64,000 nucleotides of DNA from Adineta vaga. Its lineage: Eukaryota > Animalia > Rotifera. The position numbers and the translations under genes are program-made. Location: the NCBI GenBank assembly GCA_021613535.1, contig CP075494.1, forward strand, positions 8,556,001-8,620,000, in the 5' to 3' direction. Below are positions 59,864 through 64,000 of the stretch, piece after piece; the first letter of the stretch is position 1; each line of letters starts with the position of its first letter. The notes beneath the pieces were generated by a model. That model was not told the origin of the DNA. It was given only the letters and a program-made list of their open reading frames with translations, and did no database searches.

Positions 59864-60388
59864 ATGCGAGAAACAATAGACATTATGTCGGATTTACATT
59901 ATACTGTCAGCGAAACAATCTACCGACGATGTGGACAAATTAATGAAATTGTTTATGAATATGATGAAGTTCGAGAAGAACAAGTCTTAGAAAATATGCA
60001 AACAAAAAAAGAAAAACGATCACGAACTTATCAAGCATCGATTACACGTACCGAATATGAACGTATTGCCAATAAAGTTCAATATCAACGTTATGTTTTA
60101 CCATTTGATACGTTTGTCACTATTCTTCGTCCATTTATGATGGGTACATATGCTGCTGAAGAAGTTCGAGAAGCATTTCGTTTACTAGATAAGAATTCTT
60201 CCAATACAATCGATGTCGAAGAATTAGCTGGTTTTCTATCTGTTTTACATCCGATTATGAGTAAAGAAACTCTCTTAGGTTATATTAACAAAGTCGCTGG
60301 AGATGGCCAGAATTTTATTACTTTCGATGAATTTAGTCAAATGATTCTACGAGGTGTTGGACGAGATATTGTATGTGGCGATTTTTAA
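59864..60388 (+). CDS. EF-hand (calmodulin C-lobe-like) protein, single exon; start at 59864 or 59885
   Basis: EEVREAFRLLDKNSSNTIDVEEL and a second, degenerate loop AGDGQNFITFDEF. Confidence 0.8.
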   Translation: MRETIDIMSDLHYTVSETIYRRCGQINEIVYEYDEVREEQVLENMQTKKEKRSRTYQASITRTEYERIANKVQYQRYVLPFDTFVTILRPFMMGTYAAEEVREAFRLLDKNSSNTIDVEELAGFLSVLHPIMSKETLLGYINKVAGDGQNFITFDEFSQMILRGVGRDIVCGDF

Positions 60389-62281
60389 ATAGAATTGTGA
60401 TCGGTTATATTGACATTCGAAAGTTCCATCGATAACGTCACATTTATATGAACATTGAAATATCATTTGTGGTTCTTTTTTTCTTCCTTCTTTTATTTCA
60501 ATGCGTTCTCTCTCTCTCCCTCTCTCTCTTTCTTTTAGTGTGGTCGAACTAATTCACATCTATTGATTTTTTGGGAATTAGAATTTCGATCAGCATGACA
60601 GATATATTTATTTATACGATTTGAAAGTTTTCTCACATAAATTTAGAAAAAAATTCTTGTTCTGTATGTAACTAACGAATATTAAATAAGTTTAAGTTAA
60701 CGAACGAAAATATTTTTTCAAAATAAAACCTCTGATTGAATGAATTGACATATCTTTGAGTAAACAGTAAATCATATGATTCGTTTTATTTTTGCAATTT
60801 TGCGGCTTTTACAGGCAGCATGCTCGATCGCGATATGCATATTTCAAGAGTAGCATCTTAGTTACCATTAACATAAATTGTTTTCCACTTACATCAAGAG
60901 GATAAAAGTGTTGTATTGATTAAAATAGTGAGCGAGAAAAATTCTTGTCAAACTTGTTTTCTTCTCGTCGTAGATTATATAAGAAAAGATATAGCTTTTA
61001 ATGTTCTGGTCGAATTTCTTGGATGTAGATGAGAGAAAAACATTGAACATTGTTTTTTTTTGATAAAGAGTGAAATCAAATTATCAATGCAACGGAACTT
61101 ACATACAAGCTGATAAACTTTACTTTCTGGCGATTTTTTGTGAATTCTTTCTTGTTTACATATGTAAAATAGAAGCAGAACGATAAAGTTTGTCCGGCAG
61201 GTATAACAAGTATGTCTATTGTTTTCATCTGTACGAAAATATGTAAAATGTTTTTATTAAATAATACTTTCATACATTCAAAGTAAACAGTAACTATAAA
61301 AGATTAAAGAAATCCTGTGTTCAAATGTTCGATTCAGATAGAATATGTTTTATCACATTAGATAACTATATGTAACATTTAAAAACAATGATTTTCTATG
61401 AATGAGAAGAACGATAGGTTTAACTTGCCCTGATTTCAATCGTCTCCATTGTTAGATTTTATTCGTGTTTTATCTGATCGACAACAACATTTGGTAATTA
61501 TATGTACAAAGTCGATATTAAACGAACTGAACCAACGCTAAGATAAAGAGATCGGAAAAGCAAAGGGAACAATGATAGTAAATAAATCATCATTTTATTC
61601 TTCTAACTTTGCCTACACAACGGGAAAATATATGAATATAACATTATAAACGGTATAAAATGAACTATAATTCAACAATTGTAGATACGTTTTCTAGTCA
61701 TTTTATATGTAACAATCTATATTCGAAGCTACTTCAACAAAACGAACAATTGTCATTCATAATGTATTTGATTTATGAATCGTATAAATGATGTTATTTT
61801 TAGATATGTGACAAAAATTTCTTTGAGTCTTTTTTTACGGGTGGTGTAAGTAAGTAAGAAAAAGTATTTCTTCGCCTGAGAATTAACTTTATATTATTTA
61901 AATGAAAATTAAACGACAAGATGTTGACGTTAATTCCTTCTAGTTAAGAGTAAAAAACTATGCGTAGTATATAAGTCAGAACGATACTTTTACTGAGTAT
62001 GAAACAAAGAGGATTTTCTATCTGTTGGAGTTCTTAAATTGAAAGCTAATGACTTCTTTGACCTATTTAATCCTTTCATTTACATTTTTATTTATTGTTC
62101 GAAGAAGGGTAAATGATTTTCAGATAATTGAGGATTATGGCGAGAATAAAACCTAATAGAACATTATTCTAATAAGATCTACTCTTAAAGAATATATGTA
62201 TATTTTAATTCAAAAGACATTTTTCCATGATAAAAGGATTGTCATGAATGTAATAAACTAAAGTATGAAAAATGTGATAGT

Positions 62282-63322
62282 TTAAAATTTAGTTGTTTGT
62301 AATCGTGGATTTTTATTTGATACAGCTTTTTGTGCATTTGTTGTCGTCGGCTGAACTCGTCCTGCATTTGTTCGACTACGAAATTGATTAGTTTTTACAT
62401 ACAGAAAAGTTCTTCGCCATTCTTGCCAAAAACGAACATCTAATGCAGCAATGATAATTGGATCTAGGACGATTTCAATAAAATTAAGTAATCGAACATT
62501 ACGAGTAATTATATCATCACTGATTGATATTTGAAAAACAATAACATTTGGTGACCATAGTGAAACCCAAATAATATAGAAAAGAAGAAATTGAATAACT
62601 AATGAACGATTATATTTTTCACGTGCCGAAACATGATGTGCTGCTCGTTGTAACGTTGATGTTAATCGAACATGACGAACGCTCATATAAATGACGAGAA
62701 TGTTGAGAAAGATCGGAAGAGCAAACGCAGTGATAACATTGAAAACTTGAATGTAAATATTTGTATAAACAACTTGACAAGAATCTCTTGGAATTATTTT
62801 TATTTGACTCCAACCAGTATAAAATTGTACAAATAATGAAATCGCTGGTAAAATATAGATGAGTAAATGCGAAAGAATCAATGATTTAGTATGAATACGA
62901 TAAACATTTCGATTATATGCAATTTGAATATAACGACAGACATTTAAAGCTAAAAGAATATAGACTTCAAGAATGTTCATATAGTTGTCGAGAAGTGCTT
63001 CGAAATAATACATAAATAAAACCCATGATCGATTTGGATTACAATCAGCTGTTGTTGTGTAAATAATATAGATAAAAAAGTATCGAAAAAGTAGAAAAAT
63101 ATCTGTCACTAAATATGCATAGAGCCATTGCATTGAACTTTGTCGAACGGAGGAACAAAAGGCTAGTTGTAACCAAAAGATAGAATGAGTAAATATAGCT
63201 GCAATACAAACGATAAGTCGAGCTCTTCGATTTTCTATAGCTGACTCTGTCCATAAGAGTGGTTGTGGGCATAGAACATCTGTACCATTCAGACTCACTA
63301 ATGGCAATGTTATATTATCCAT
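62282..63322 (-). CDS. Orphan rhodopsin-like 7TM receptor, uninterrupted CDS
   Basis: Seven hydrophobic segments, N-glycosylation sequons (NIT, NGT), TM2 YLVTD, TM3 LALNVCRY, TM5 LP..LN..IY, TM6 LWSP, TM7 LDPII. The likely ATG is 63322. Confidence 0.8.
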   Translation of the reverse strand: MDNITLPLVSLNGTDVLCPQPLLWTESAIENRRARLIVCIAAIFTHSIFWLQLAFCSSVRQSSMQWLYAYLVTDIFLLFRYFFIYIIYTTTADCNPNRSWVLFMYYFEALLDNYMNILEVYILLALNVCRYIQIAYNRNVYRIHTKSLILSHLLIYILPAISLFVQFYTGWSQIKIIPRDSCQVVYTNIYIQVFNVITAFALPIFLNILVIYMSVRHVRLTSTLQRAAHHVSAREKYNRSLVIQFLLFYIIWVSLWSPNVIVFQISISDDIITRNVRLLNFIEIVLDPIIIAALDVRFWQEWRRTFLYVKTNQFRSRTNAGRVQPTTTNAQKAVSNKNPRLQTTKF

Positions 63323-64000
63323 TTCGAGTGGCAAATGTCTTCTTGAGAGTTTCTTTAGCAAATATGACAATCTAGAAAAGTGCTTTATCTATATATATAT
63401 AGATAGACATTTACCTGATAATTAGAAAGATGACGGAAGCTTATTTGATGTGCATGATAATAATGAACTTCTGTACTGTCAAAAAATAATATGATAAAAG
63501 GACATCTAGCACGATACCTAGTTGAATCAAAGTATATACAGTGTATTCATCATTTTATAACTCAACAAAAGACGAAGTACTTAAAAGCTCAATATCTATT
63601 TTTCAGTAAAGAAAAGTTCCATCTTAATTCATGCTAGAATACCTTTCATTTGTTGTACGATAGATCTTAACGGATCAAATGCACTTGGTATATATTAAGA
63701 GTAATTGAAGCAAATTATAACCATCTCAATACTAGACTTGTTATTTCAATTATAATAATGATAGTGAAATAAGATCGTTATTTTCTACTTTATTATGAAT
63801 TTCAATTGGGTGTATGGCATGCTACAGAAATAGATAAGAAAAGAAAATGTAGTATCAGATATTCATATTCAGAGGTAACGATAGAGAGCAAAATAAGTCA
63901 AAGACAATATGCTAAAAGCTTGAGAAAGAACATTTTAATAATACAGATATGTAGAACAAAATTATAATATATTAACAGATTGTTAGAAAGTTCTTTTCAC

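Noticed and set aside
60389-62281. Long noncoding stretches (also about 21300-22600, 53650-54400 and 58700-59800)
   Set aside because: I scanned them by eye for tRNA/rRNA motifs, transposase or RT fragments and spliced exons and found nothing supportable.

Overview
AT-rich, gene-dense eukaryotic (animal) genomic DNA. Most genes are split by very short (about 50-70 nt) GT-AG introns, so the ORF track shows only exon fragments. Intron size, composition, an orphan GPCR and bacterial-type genes embedded among metazoan housekeeping genes suggest a bdelloid rotifer (inference). I reconstructed 24 protein-coding genes by hand, in order: ABCG half-transporter (3'-truncated by the window), ORP2-like OSBP protein, USP32, TAO kinase, NDFIP, ankyrin protein, TRAPPC12, COX18, polyQ-ankyrin protein, SRPBCC-like protein, cyanophycinase-like S51 peptidase, CNOT2, cystinosin, LKB1, a low-complexity repeat protein, a CIP4/FBP17-type F-BAR protein, a Nup98-like protein, PP2A B56, an FN3 GPI-type protein, a Rac-like GTPase (absent from the ORF track), SIRT1, SERINC, an EF-hand protein and a 7TM receptor. 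Four things stand out. (i) A two-gene island of probable bacterial origin: a secreted cyanophycinase-like enzyme with an intact Ser-His-Glu triad next to an SRPBCC protein. (ii) A stand-alone Nup98 paralogue whose stop codon sits exactly at the HF|S autocleavage site. (iii) An orphan Gly/Ala/Gln protein with two different 11-aa repeat arrays, a Pro/Val/Arg/Glu core and a CaaX-like end. (iv) Alternative first exons that could switch the FFAT motif of the ORP on or off. I saw no rRNA, tRNA, CRISPR array or intact transposon. All family calls come from motif recognition, not database searches.
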